Shown: in pieces, positions 55,860 through 64,000 of the stretch
Layout: each line of letters opens with the position of its first letter
Position numbering within the stretch: position 1 is the stretch's first letter
IMG/VR virus record: IMGVR_UViG_3300027985_000286
Coordinates: 85,349-149,348 of that record
DNA length: 64,000 nucleotides
Reading direction: 5' to 3' (one strand)
DNA from: a virus
Notes under the pieces: model-generated
What the model was told of the DNA's origin: nothing
The model's input: the letters and a program-made list of their open reading frames with translations, nothing else
Database searches by the model: none
Position numbers and translations under genes: made by a program

Positions 55860-58361
55860 ATGACAATTCCCTTTAACCGTTACATTTCCGAGTCATTCGA
55901 CAAGTTCTACCCGTTCGAGAAGACTAAACCGTCTGTTGCCTACGTAAAGGCCCAGTACCAGTTTGAAGCTGGTTCTTATACCTATGGTGTAAGGTACAAT
56001 AAATCTAAACTTGGTTCTATGGTCAGTGATGTTGTTATTGGTAAATTTACAGGAATTAAGTTTTCTTATGCTCAGCTTACTGTAGTTCCAAATTTCAAGA
56101 TGTTCCTGTCCACTGTTGCTCAAATCCTAAAAACAGAGGCAGATGACAAAAACACCAAGGCTAAATGGAAGAAAGGCATCGTTCTAACCATGAATTCGTC
56201 TTTCTTCGAAAAGGCCAAGTCCCTTATCATGAGAATCATCAAGCTCATGCTTCTTGGTCAGTATAAGGTGAAAGACGGGTTTCATTGGAATGAGGACCCT
56301 GACCTAAGATCAATCTATATCTACAAGCAAGGTGCGATGTTTTCCCAGGTCTTCAAGAACATTCCAGAAGATCAGATGTCTGCTGCGTTAAACGCCAACA
56401 CTGTGGATTCGTATTCGGTTAAAACGACAGAGGCACCGAAAAAGAGCGATAGCACTAGCGCGTCAGATGTGTTTAACGATGTTAAAAAAGATGCTGATGT
56501 TACCAAACCTCAGCCTTCGATGCCTTTTGCTGACGGGTTCTATAAGTTTAAGGGCGAGCTGATGTACTTCAAGGTATCTTCTAAGGATGAATATACCGTG
56601 TACCGTCAGTATCCTTGGGGAGAATCAAAATACAAGTTAGAGACGATGAAGACCGCGTTCTTAGGTGCGGCACCTTCTAAGTTCTTCAACGAAGGTTCTG
56701 TATGGCCGAATTGTATTTGGCATTCTGGTATATCTGGTAACTGGGACGATGTTCTGACTCTATCTGACTTTCCGGGTTCGGTTTGGGCTTTCAACTTTAC
56801 CACAGTTGGTCTAGGTGCAACTAAGCTGACCGTAGAGCAGGCACTTAGTAAAGGGTGCTTCCCGTCAACAATCAGTAAGCCTACATACGAAGCACCGCTT
56901 TTTGGCATAGTGAAGGTTAACGGGTCCGGTAGTATTAAGCTGTCTGCTTTCAAGGTAATGACCAACCCTAACCAAAATATCGCCAAGTCTTTCGTAGTAG
57001 GCACCCAGCCTTCGAATACGGCAAGTCTGCCACTAGCCATGTTTCCTATAAGGCACGCTACCGCTATGAACATGGTTGCCTCTGGGTTGATACCCAGTGA
57101 TGGCCCTTTGATGCAAGCAATCTCAGATGAGTTTCACATCCTATCAAAGCAGAGTTCTGGGCAGGCTAAGCCTGCACCTGTTATCCCTGCTGTACCAACC
57201 CCAGATAAGGAAGATAGTCCTAGTTTGGCGTCTATCAAGAAAGGGCCTCCCATGCCCTGGACGTATGAAGCAGTGAAAAAGGTTCCCAAACTGTCCGACA
57301 AGGTAAAGCCTGAAGTTATTGAGCGTACTCTTGATCTATTCAACGTCAGGAGCAGCTCCACAAGGAACAAAGCGGTTGACATCGGACCTATGAGCATCAA
57401 GTTAGGTGGTAGCCTGGTAGAGGTCAGAGAGACATTTGAAAAGATTGCCAATATGTCTCAAGGAAAAAGAACGGAGATGTACGCTGCCATTGACAGGTAC
57501 CTACAAAAAACCAACAATTCTGCTTATGGTGCCTCTATTTGGCTTAACGAGAGTACAATCAAAGACGGCAAACAGTTTAAAGATAAAGGTATGGTAAAAG
57601 CCCTTCAGTCATACACTGGGAGCGGTTACTCTGAAATCAATAAGTTCCTTAGACAAAGTACGAAACCCTTGGACCTTGACCTTGTTAAAGAAAGGATTGC
57701 GAAGCTGGACGCGCTATTTCTTGAAGGGGGTGTTCGTCTACCCAAAGATACCGTTGTGTACCGAGGGCAGTCTTTGTATGATAGCGAAATTGCTGATTTG
57801 AAAGGAGGTGGTGTTGTTCATAATCCAGCGTACATGTCAACCACTTTGAACTCAAACACTGCCTCTGGGTTTTTGGGTGCTTACTCTATTTCTTCTGCGA
57901 GCTTTATTGCTGGATCTTCGAAAACAGACTATTCCGACAAGATGATTCTTGCTGGAAAAAACAAGTCTAAGGTTCTGATGAGCATTGACGGAACAGAAAA
58001 GGTTCCGGTACTTGTTCCAGGTAAGCTATCAAACCATGAAGGTGAATCTGAGGTTGTTCTTCCTAGAGGAACCATTCTTAGATTGTCTAGTGCACCAGAT
58101 AGCTTGGTTGAGGTTGACGAACGAGTGTACCTTGGTCACTTTACTGTGGAAGGGTTGTATGGTGTTCCTGAATCACTAGCAGAATACCGTACTCAAAGGT
58201 TGACTTCTTTCAGAGCTATGTTAGAATCAATGGATACCAAATCTAATAACATGGTGAACAGCCTTTATGCTGCAATGATGATGGCAAGAATTGCCGCCAC
58301 GGCGATGAGCCCTGCTGAGAAGGAGGAGCTCTACAACTTTTATCTTAAGATGGACTCTTGA
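55860..58361 (+). CDS. alt: Alt-like NAD:arginine ADP-ribosyltransferase
   Basis: YT..GY..IN..LR, VYRG, YMSTT, ESEVVLPRGT (R-S-EXE); late promoter ATAAATA at ~55826. Confidence 0.85.
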   Translation: MTIPFNRYISESFDKFYPFEKTKPSVAYVKAQYQFEAGSYTYGVRYNKSKLGSMVSDVVIGKFTGIKFSYAQLTVVPNFKMFLSTVAQILKTEADDKNTKAKWKKGIVLTMNSSFFEKAKSLIMRIIKLMLLGQYKVKDGFHWNEDPDLRSIYIYKQGAMFSQVFKNIPEDQMSAALNANTVDSYSVKTTEAPKKSDSTSASDVFNDVKKDADVTKPQPSMPFADGFYKFKGELMYFKVSSKDEYTVYRQYPWGESKYKLETMKTAFLGAAPSKFFNEGSVWPNCIWHSGISGNWDDVLTLSDFPGSVWAFNFTTVGLGATKLTVEQALSKGCFPSTISKPTYEAPLFGIVKVNGSGSIKLSAFKVMTNPNQNIAKSFVVGTQPSNTASLPLAMFPIRHATAMNMVASGLIPSDGPLMQAISDEFHILSKQSSGQAKPAPVIPAVPTPDKEDSPSLASIKKGPPMPWTYEAVKKVPKLSDKVKPEVIERTLDLFNVRSSSTRNKAVDIGPMSIKLGGSLVEVRETFEKIANMSQGKRTEMYAAIDRYLQKTNNSAYGASIWLNESTIKDGKQFKDKGMVKALQSYTGSGYSEINKFLRQSTKPLDLDLVKERIAKLDALFLEGGVRLPKDTVVYRGQSLYDSEIADLKGGGVVHNPAYMSTTLNSNTASGFLGAYSISSASFIAGSSKTDYSDKMILAGKNKSKVLMSIDGTEKVPVLVPGKLSNHEGESEVVLPRGTILRLSSAPDSLVEVDERVYLGHFTVEGLYGVPESLAEYRTQRLTSFRAMLESMDTKSNNMVNSLYAAMMMARIAATAMSPAEKEELYNFYLKMDS

Positions 58362-58416
58362 TTTGCTGGTAGTCCTGTGCTAAGCTTCTATTATGTAAAA
58401 GTGAGGAGGAAAAACT

Positions 58417-58659
58417 ATGGATACCAAGCTAGTTCCGCGAGACGCAGCCAAGAGCCTCGATAAAAAGTGGCACAACATATTCCTGCGTTACGGTTACGCA
58501 GAACACATTCCGCATGGTCATCTCTTGGAGAGGTTCAACCTAATCCTCGGAACCATTCAGGCTTTTGGTGGTTTTGATATCGATGATCCTGAAGATGACC
58601 TCTACAACAACATTGCTGTTGCACTGTGCCTTCGTAAGGTGATGCTGGAGGGGAAATGA
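58417..58659 (+). CDS. Hypothetical protein
   Basis: Promoter TTGATT-N17-TAAGCT; GAGGAGG RBS. Confidence 0.65.
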   Translation: MDTKLVPRDAAKSLDKKWHNIFLRYGYAEHIPHGHLLERFNLILGTIQAFGGFDIDDPEDDLYNNIAVALCLRKVMLEGK

Positions 58660-59546
58660 TCTCCCCTAGGATCAGGAAGATTGACAGGATTAAGGGCATG
58701 CTTTGGGGTGCGCTCATCGGAGATTCCTTTGGGGCTCTGTTTGAGTTCACACCTCGAAGCAAGATGCCCATCCTTGATGGTGACTATGTCATTGACATCT
58801 ATCAGCACTCTGATCTTGTCAATAACGTTTTCGGGTATCCTGTAGGCACGATTACAGACGATGGAATTCAGATCATGATTACCATCGAGAGTCTGCTGCA
58901 GAACAACATGCACATCAACATCCGGGATATTCGGTTCAAGTTCCGTGATTGGTACTACGAAGGTTACTGGACTCCTGATGGCGAGTGCTTTGACATTGGC
59001 GGTACCACTCTAGAAGGGTTGCTGTTTGCTGGAAACCCGCTATTTCGAATCAAGGCAACCAAGAAGAGCGAAGGCAACGGATCTCTAATGCGACTGCCTG
59101 CGATTGCAGGGCTAAAGACGCTCCACCTGGAAGACATTATCAAGTTCATTCAAATTACGCATAGGACAGAGAGCAAGGATTTCTACCGGGTCCAGGTTGA
59201 CTACGTTAATACGCTGCGTAACATCCTGTCTGGAAAGATTCCTAAGAGGGTGGGCACCAAGTCGCTCATGACCACTAAGCGGTATCAGCCCACCGGTGAT
59301 GCAATGTCCACTGCAAGGTTGGCTCTGACGGTATTCCGTTATGGCCCAGAAAGCTACTTGGACGGTCTGTGTAAAGTAGTGTCGTTTGGAAATGACACCG
59401 ATACCAACGGATGTGTCTACGGTGCGCTCAAGGGTGCAGCGGTTGGATACAGTAACATCCCTAAGTGGATGATAGATCCTATGTGGAACAAGGACAAAAT
59501 TTCTGCTCTAATTGAAGAATTTGCAGAAAAAGCTTGCACATCTTAA
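58656..59546 (+). CDS. ADP-ribosylglycohydrolase (DraG/ARH family)
   Basis: GALIGDS.GA..EF, TDDG, FDIG.TT, GNGSLMR, TH, G.DTDT...V.G.L.GA..G. Confidence 0.93.
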   Translation: MISPRIRKIDRIKGMLWGALIGDSFGALFEFTPRSKMPILDGDYVIDIYQHSDLVNNVFGYPVGTITDDGIQIMITIESLLQNNMHINIRDIRFKFRDWYYEGYWTPDGECFDIGGTTLEGLLFAGNPLFRIKATKKSEGNGSLMRLPAIAGLKTLHLEDIIKFIQITHRTESKDFYRVQVDYVNTLRNILSGKIPKRVGTKSLMTTKRYQPTGDAMSTARLALTVFRYGPESYLDGLCKVVSFGNDTDTNGCVYGALKGAAVGYSNIPKWMIDPMWNKDKISALIEEFAEKACTS

Positions 59547-59602
59547 TCAATGGTGTAATACTAGCAACATACAAACAATGCAGCATTGAAGAGGACTACA
59601 CA

Positions 59603-59872
59603 ATGAGCTTCCAAACTGATGTTGACTCCCTGCTTAACGAACCCTTTCGGAACATCATTGTCAACCTTTACGGTCGTTGGTTGGACGAAAGGGCCTACGA
59701 GGACATCAACGAATACGGCGAGTTTCTGAAGAAACACCTCCCTCCCAAGATGACTATGTTAAAGATGACCAAGCGCCCGTTCGGCTTTGCGTTTACGTAC
59801 CAAGGCCGACCCGGTAAAGAGTACGCCTTTTTCATTAAGAGTACCTCGATCGGGTGGAAGCGGACGAAGTAG
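59603..59872 (+). CDS. Hypothetical early protein, copy 1
   Basis: MSFQTDVDSL...; early promoter and leader. Confidence 0.8.
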   Translation: MSFQTDVDSLLNEPFRNIIVNLYGRWLDERAYEDINEYGEFLKKHLPPKMTMLKMTKRPFGFAFTYQGRPGKEYAFFIKSTSIGWKRTK

Positions 59873-59919
59873 GAGCCTGCAACATACAAACAACACTGCA
59901 TTTTGAAGAGGATTACACA

Positions 59920-60183
59920 ATGAGCTTCCAAACTGATGTTGACTCCTTGTTTAACGAACCCTTTCGGAGCTTCGTCTGCGACCTTTACGGTTGTTGGTTG
60001 GACGAAATGGAGGACATCAATGAATATGGCAAGATTCTGATGAAACTCCTCCCACCCAAGATAACTATGGTAAGGATGACCGAGCGCCCGTTTGGCTTTA
60101 CGTTCACACACCAGGACCGGCCAGAGTGCGAGTTCGCGTTTTTCGTTAAAAGCAACTCGTTTGTGTGGAAGCGGACGAAGTAG
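59920..60183 (+). CDS. Hypothetical early protein, copy 2
   Basis: Paralog of 59603. Confidence 0.8.
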   Translation: MSFQTDVDSLFNEPFRSFVCDLYGCWLDEMEDINEYGKILMKLLPPKITMVRMTERPFGFTFTHQDRPECEFAFFVKSNSFVWKRTK

Positions 60184-60367
60184 AGGGGTGACTAACAATG
60201 AAGGTCAGCTATTTCGACAAGAGCTCTTGGTCTGCAATGGCTAAGAGCCTGGGATTCACGGTAATTTGCGACCCCTGCCACAAGGGAAACGCAACCGCAT
60301 ACCAGGGAACCAAGGTAAGGGGTTCCTGGAGCGTGAACAAGGGTGAAGGTTATCTGATTGAGAGGTA

Positions 60368-60865
60368 TTGATTATGACTTCCATTACTCGCATCCTTCGG
60401 CGTGTTCGCCGCTCGGATTGTACCACTGATGAAGGCAAAGCGTCGCTCGTGGAAATGCTGCGGAAAGAGTTCAATGCCATGGCAGACCACATCACCACCT
60501 TGCAGCTCACCATCGAGCGAATGAATCGGAGGTGCGTACCCTTGGAAGAGCGGTACGTGGAAGCGGTAAACGCTGAGGGTACAACTAACAAGCTCACTGT
60601 CAATCCGGTGAGTGGCCGTATTACCCTCAAGCTTGGTAGGGGCTGCCGTGGTACTGCTGCTTTCCATCTGATTGCCTTGGCCAATAAGGTCAAAGACCTG
60701 GAGTTCGACCCCATGACCGTCCGGGGTCGCATCCAGTGGCACGAGTCTGACAAGTTCTATTCGTGCAACCTCATTTCGGATAGTAAGAAAATGAGCTACA
60801 GGCTCACGTACTATACCGAAACCGGCTACACCTGCATGGAAAAGGTTCCTGCTCTTCGGGGGTAA
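60368..60865 (+). CDS. Hypothetical protein
   Basis: GAGG RBS; probable ATG at 60374. Confidence 0.65.
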   Translation: MIMTSITRILRRVRRSDCTTDEGKASLVEMLRKEFNAMADHITTLQLTIERMNRRCVPLEERYVEAVNAEGTTNKLTVNPVSGRITLKLGRGCRGTAAFHLIALANKVKDLEFDPMTVRGRIQWHESDKFYSCNLISDSKKMSYRLTYYTETGYTCMEKVPALRG

Positions 60866-60867
60866 TC

Positions 60868-61077
60868 GTGGAAAGACTTCGCTATCGAGCTGAACTGTGG
60901 TCCATTCTCAAGCATATGGACCCCGACAAGGTTTTTGAGACACTGTGCTACGTGAGTGAAGGGTACAAACCACTCCACGCCATTAAAAAAGTCTTTGGGA
61001 CAACGTATACAGGTGTTATACTTGCAAGGACGTTTGCTTTACACGTTATTGCAAGCCAGCCATTCTTCGGAGGATAA
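60868..61077 (+). CDS. Hypothetical protein
   Basis: ORF. Confidence 0.5.
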   Translation: MERLRYRAELWSILKHMDPDKVFETLCYVSEGYKPLHAIKKVFGTTYTGVILARTFALHVIASQPFFGG

Positions 61078-61083
61078 ACTACT

Positions 61084-62406
61084 ATGAGTAACTATGCCGC
61101 AACCATCGTGAAGTTGGAAAAGGTCTGGAAGCATTCAAATGCTGACCGTCTGCAGTGCACCCACATCTTTGGGAACAACGTCATTGTTGGGCTCAATGCC
61201 AAGGAAGGGGACATTGGTCTGTTCTTTCCTCTGGAGTCCCAGATTGGGGCGGAATTTGCAGTTGCCAATGACCTAATCCGTCGGAAGGACCCGACCACGG
61301 GCAAGGCTGCTGGAGGTATGTTCGACTCCAATCGTCGTGTTCGTTGCCAGAAGTTCCGTGGTGAAGAGAGCATGGGATTCTGGATTCCTATCAATAGCCT
61401 TCTGAAGACCCCCGGGTTCGAAGACATCACGCCCAGCGTGGGGTTGGAGATTGAAGAGCACAACGGCATCACTCTCTCCAAGAAGTATATCCCCGAGCAC
61501 GTACGCACGCGCAGAGCATCTAGGTCCTCTGGTAATCGTTTTCAGTCTGCTTCTCGTCTCATCCCCGAGCAGTTTCATTTTCATTATGACACTGCTCAGC
61601 TGGGTAAGAACATCCACAACATCAACCCCAACACTCTGATTTCTCTGACCTGGAAGCTTCACGGTACGTCTGCTATTGCCTCCAAGGTCCTTGTCCGGGA
61701 TGAGTACCAGGGGTTCAAGCGACTGGTCAGCAAGATTGCCGAATGGTTTGGAGTGGAGACGGTTAACTCCACGTACGATACCCTTTACGCCTCCCGGAAC
61801 GTGGTGAAGAACGGCAAGGAAGAGCAGCCCGCATACGAGATTACCGGGTACGACCTGTGGACTGATTCTGCCAAGCAGTTCGACTTCAAGCTTCACAATG
61901 GTGAGACTGTCTACTATGAGATCGTAGGCTACGATTCTAAGGGTGGACGACCCATTCAGAAGATGGGTGGTTACAGCTTTGACTACGGTTGCAACCCTGG
62001 TGATTATGAGATTTACGTCTACCGAATCACCCACACCAATGTGGATGGTATAGTCCACGAACTGGCTTGGCCTCAGGTAATTGAGCGCTGCGGGCAGCTT
62101 GGTCTGCGACACGTTCCGTCTATCTTTTACGGTTACGCAGCGGACCTGTTCGAAATCCCCCTGAACAACACCAAGGAATGGCGTGATAAGTTCCTCAGTA
62201 AGATCTTTGAGGTGTATGCCGGCCCGCAGGACTCTATCTTCTGCAACAACCCTGTTCCTGAAGAGGGTGTTGTACTGCGTATCGAAGGTCTCAACGTGAA
62301 GGCATTCAAGGCCAAGTCCTTCCGTTTCCTGAAGGGCGAGACTGAGATGCTTGACACTGGTGAAATTGATATTGAGACCGAACAGTCTGAGGAGGAAGCA
62401 GCATAA
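61084..62406 (+). CDS. RNA ligase (DRB0094/Rnl2-like) with N-terminal OB-like domain
   Basis: H.NADRL N-terminal domain; motif I KLHGTS, YYEIVG, EEGVV.R, KAKS..FL. Confidence 0.88.
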   Translation: MSNYAATIVKLEKVWKHSNADRLQCTHIFGNNVIVGLNAKEGDIGLFFPLESQIGAEFAVANDLIRRKDPTTGKAAGGMFDSNRRVRCQKFRGEESMGFWIPINSLLKTPGFEDITPSVGLEIEEHNGITLSKKYIPEHVRTRRASRSSGNRFQSASRLIPEQFHFHYDTAQLGKNIHNINPNTLISLTWKLHGTSAIASKVLVRDEYQGFKRLVSKIAEWFGVETVNSTYDTLYASRNVVKNGKEEQPAYEITGYDLWTDSAKQFDFKLHNGETVYYEIVGYDSKGGRPIQKMGGYSFDYGCNPGDYEIYVYRITHTNVDGIVHELAWPQVIERCGQLGLRHVPSIFYGYAADLFEIPLNNTKEWRDKFLSKIFEVYAGPQDSIFCNNPVPEEGVVLRIEGLNVKAFKAKSFRFLKGETEMLDTGEIDIETEQSEEEAA

Positions 62407-62645
62407 TGAATACCTTCCGGATTGACCATATCATCAAAGAACAGTTTATTGGTAAGAAACTCGTTGCACTTGAGTTCAATGCCAACGAACCTTACGAGGG
62501 TTCGCGAAAGGCAGAGTTTGGCCAGGTAATCAAGCACGCCTATGTTGACTGTTACGATGACAACGACGTTGTCATCCATCTGGTTATGGATGACGGCAGT
62601 CGAACCTGGGTCTACGACAACGAAATGGTTACACTAGAAGACTAA
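62406..62645 (+). CDS. Hypothetical protein
   Basis: TAATG coupling. Confidence 0.65.
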   Translation: MNTFRIDHIIKEQFIGKKLVALEFNANEPYEGSRKAEFGQVIKHAYVDCYDDNDVVIHLVMDDGSRTWVYDNEMVTLED

Positions 62646-62664
62646 CAACGGGAGAGCGTAAAAC

Positions 62665-62889
62665 ATGAGTAAAGACCTTTCCGAAGAGACCAAAACTCAT
62701 CTGAACCTGATCTATCAGACCTGCGTGGCTCATCGCAATCACTACACATCTCTTTCTCCTGAGGAGGTAACCCCGGACGATGAGAGTCTCAATATCCTGG
62801 GTTCCGCATTTGTCCTGCTGTACCGAAATTACGTCATGAGTTCGGAGAGCAAGGAGGCAGAGAAGAAGCGCCGTGAAACTCTCAACTAG
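62665..62889 (+). CDS. Hypothetical protein
   Basis: GGAG RBS. Confidence 0.6.
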   Translation: MSKDLSEETKTHLNLIYQTCVAHRNHYTSLSPEEVTPDDESLNILGSAFVLLYRNYVMSSESKEAEKKRRETLN

Positions 62890-63136
62890 AACTAGGGTCA
62901 AGAGAATCAAGCAGAAGTTGTTTCTCCTCCAGAGTGAACTGGAGGTGCTGCAAGAACAGTGTAATCACCTTGAAGAGGTAGAGGTGAAGTACGTTAATTC
63001 GGGAGACGGTTTTCATCCGTCTTCGTTTGCAATATTCTGGCATTGCATCGAGTGTGATAAACGATGGTCAACTGACCAAGAATACGAAACCGTGAGAAAA
63101 CTCAGAGACATTAAGATTGTCAGAAGGGTTCGTTGA
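62873..63136 (+). CDS. Zinc-binding hypothetical protein
   Basis: C.H...C..C.K.W. Confidence 0.6.
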   Translation: MKLSTRTRVKRIKQKLFLLQSELEVLQEQCNHLEEVEVKYVNSGDGFHPSSFAIFWHCIECDKRWSTDQEYETVRKLRDIKIVRRVR

Positions 63137-63510
63137 TGAAGGTTATTATCGCTGGCTCTAGAACGATAAATGACTACGAAGCCGTAAAGGCATTCGTAGC
63201 AGAGTCGGGGTACGATATAACCGAAGTGGTTAGTGGACATTCCCCTGGGGGTGGTGTTGATCTGCTAGGGGAACGGTGGTCAGAAGAGTTCCTTGGTAAA
63301 AAGGCTAGACTATTTCCGTACCCGGTGTTAATGGGTGTGACTGGTGGGTACTTTAGAAACAAAAAGATGGCGGTTTACGGAGATGCGCTGATTGCAATTT
63401 GGGACGGCGAATCTAAAGGCACCAAAGACATGATCAATCAGATGAAGCGTCTTGGTAAACCACATAAGGTGTTTGTCTTGAGACCTGGGCAAGCATCGCT
63501 TCCTTGGTAA
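63133..63510 (+). CDS. YspA/DUF2493 SLOG-family protein
   Basis: KVIIAGSR, VVSG...G.D.LGE, RN..MA...DALIA.WDG.S.GT..MI. Confidence 0.9.
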   Translation: MMKVIIAGSRTINDYEAVKAFVAESGYDITEVVSGHSPGGGVDLLGERWSEEFLGKKARLFPYPVLMGVTGGYFRNKKMAVYGDALIAIWDGESKGTKDMINQMKRLGKPHKVFVLRPGQASLPW

Positions 63511-63528
63511 GCTACTGCAGGAGAAGAC

Positions 63529-63741
63529 ATGGAAGAGTATGCTGTTGTTGTGGGGTATGTGGTGCTAGTTGGAGAGGTTGAACCTGTCATCAGCATCACT
63601 CAAAGAGAATACCGTAATCTTCTTAAGGCCCGTCTGAGACTGGAATGTATGGAGGCCATGGGTGTGGACTCTTGGTCTTGCTACGACGATGCAGTCAACC
63701 TTTACGTGAAGGAGCTTGCCCGTGGACGAATTGATGGATGA
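63529..63741 (+). CDS. Hypothetical protein
   Basis: I...EY..L......L.C.E..GVD.W..Y. Confidence 0.65.
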   Translation: MEEYAVVVGYVVLVGEVEPVISITQREYRNLLKARLRLECMEAMGVDSWSCYDDAVNLYVKELARGRIDG

Positions 63742-63905
63742 GCATATCACACTAGCAGAAGAGCTGCTAGAGTCTTTCAGAACTACCCCGAATAACGGGT
63801 ACGTTTCGATTGAGGACATGAGCAAAATCGTCAAGGTTCTGGAGTTCTTTGTTGACCGTGGGGTCGAGCTAGACCTCCGCTCGTAACCCCTGCTAGGACT
63901 GTGCC

Positions 63906-63963
63906 AGGCGCTGCCTGCTGCGACTTCTTTTATTGCGCGTGCACTTACATGCAGGCAGCGCCT
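63906..63963. promoter_or_regulatory. 13-bp inverted repeat ahead of a probable early promoter
   Basis: AGGCGCTGCCTGC/GCAGGCAGCGCCT; TTGTAT at 63981 is cut off by the window edge. Confidence 0.55.
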
Positions 63964-64000
63964 AGCAGCTTAGAACGCGGTTGTATCTTCTATTTCTAGG

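Larger units (their letters stand above)
59565..60183 (+). repeat. Tandem duplication (~315-nt unit: leader plus gene)
   Basis: Units at ~59564 and ~59879 share CAACATACAAAC...ATGAGCTTCCAAACTGATGTTGACTCC...TGGAAGCGGACGAAGTAG. Confidence 0.9.

Overview
This 64-kb window is part of a large T4-like myovirus genome, about 45-50% GC by eye. It has no host chromosomal genes, IS elements or CRISPR array. From left to right it holds: (1) the gp18-gp23 tail/head module, gp3, uvsY, RNase HI and uvsW; (2) a block of early hypothetical genes; (3) replication and nucleotide genes (gp39+60, HNH, gp52, gp61 primase, phosphoesterase, thyA, RuvC-like, gp30 ligase); (4) an NAD+ salvage pair (NadM-Nudix, NadV) and rIIA/rIIB; (5) a 12.5-kb tRNA region with 14 ordinary tRNAs, one odd class II tRNA, one tRNA-like element, an Acb2-like gene, NADAR and an Alt-like ADP-ribosyltransferase (ART); (6) a second Alt-like ART next to an ADP-ribosylglycohydrolase, an RNA ligase and a SLOG protein. 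The most striking item is a ~404-nt ncRNA (46688-47091) in the tRNA cluster. Its two ends reproduce the 23S rRNA GTPase-associated centre (uL11/thiostrepton domain, E. coli ~1051-1108) almost exactly, with a 332-nt structured insert between them. Other notable items are a promoter-driven ~430-nt structured antisense RNA behind uvsW, a set of late proteins with capsid-targeting-like N-termini, and hairpins that enclose late promoters. All family assignments come from motifs recognised by eye. No searches were run.
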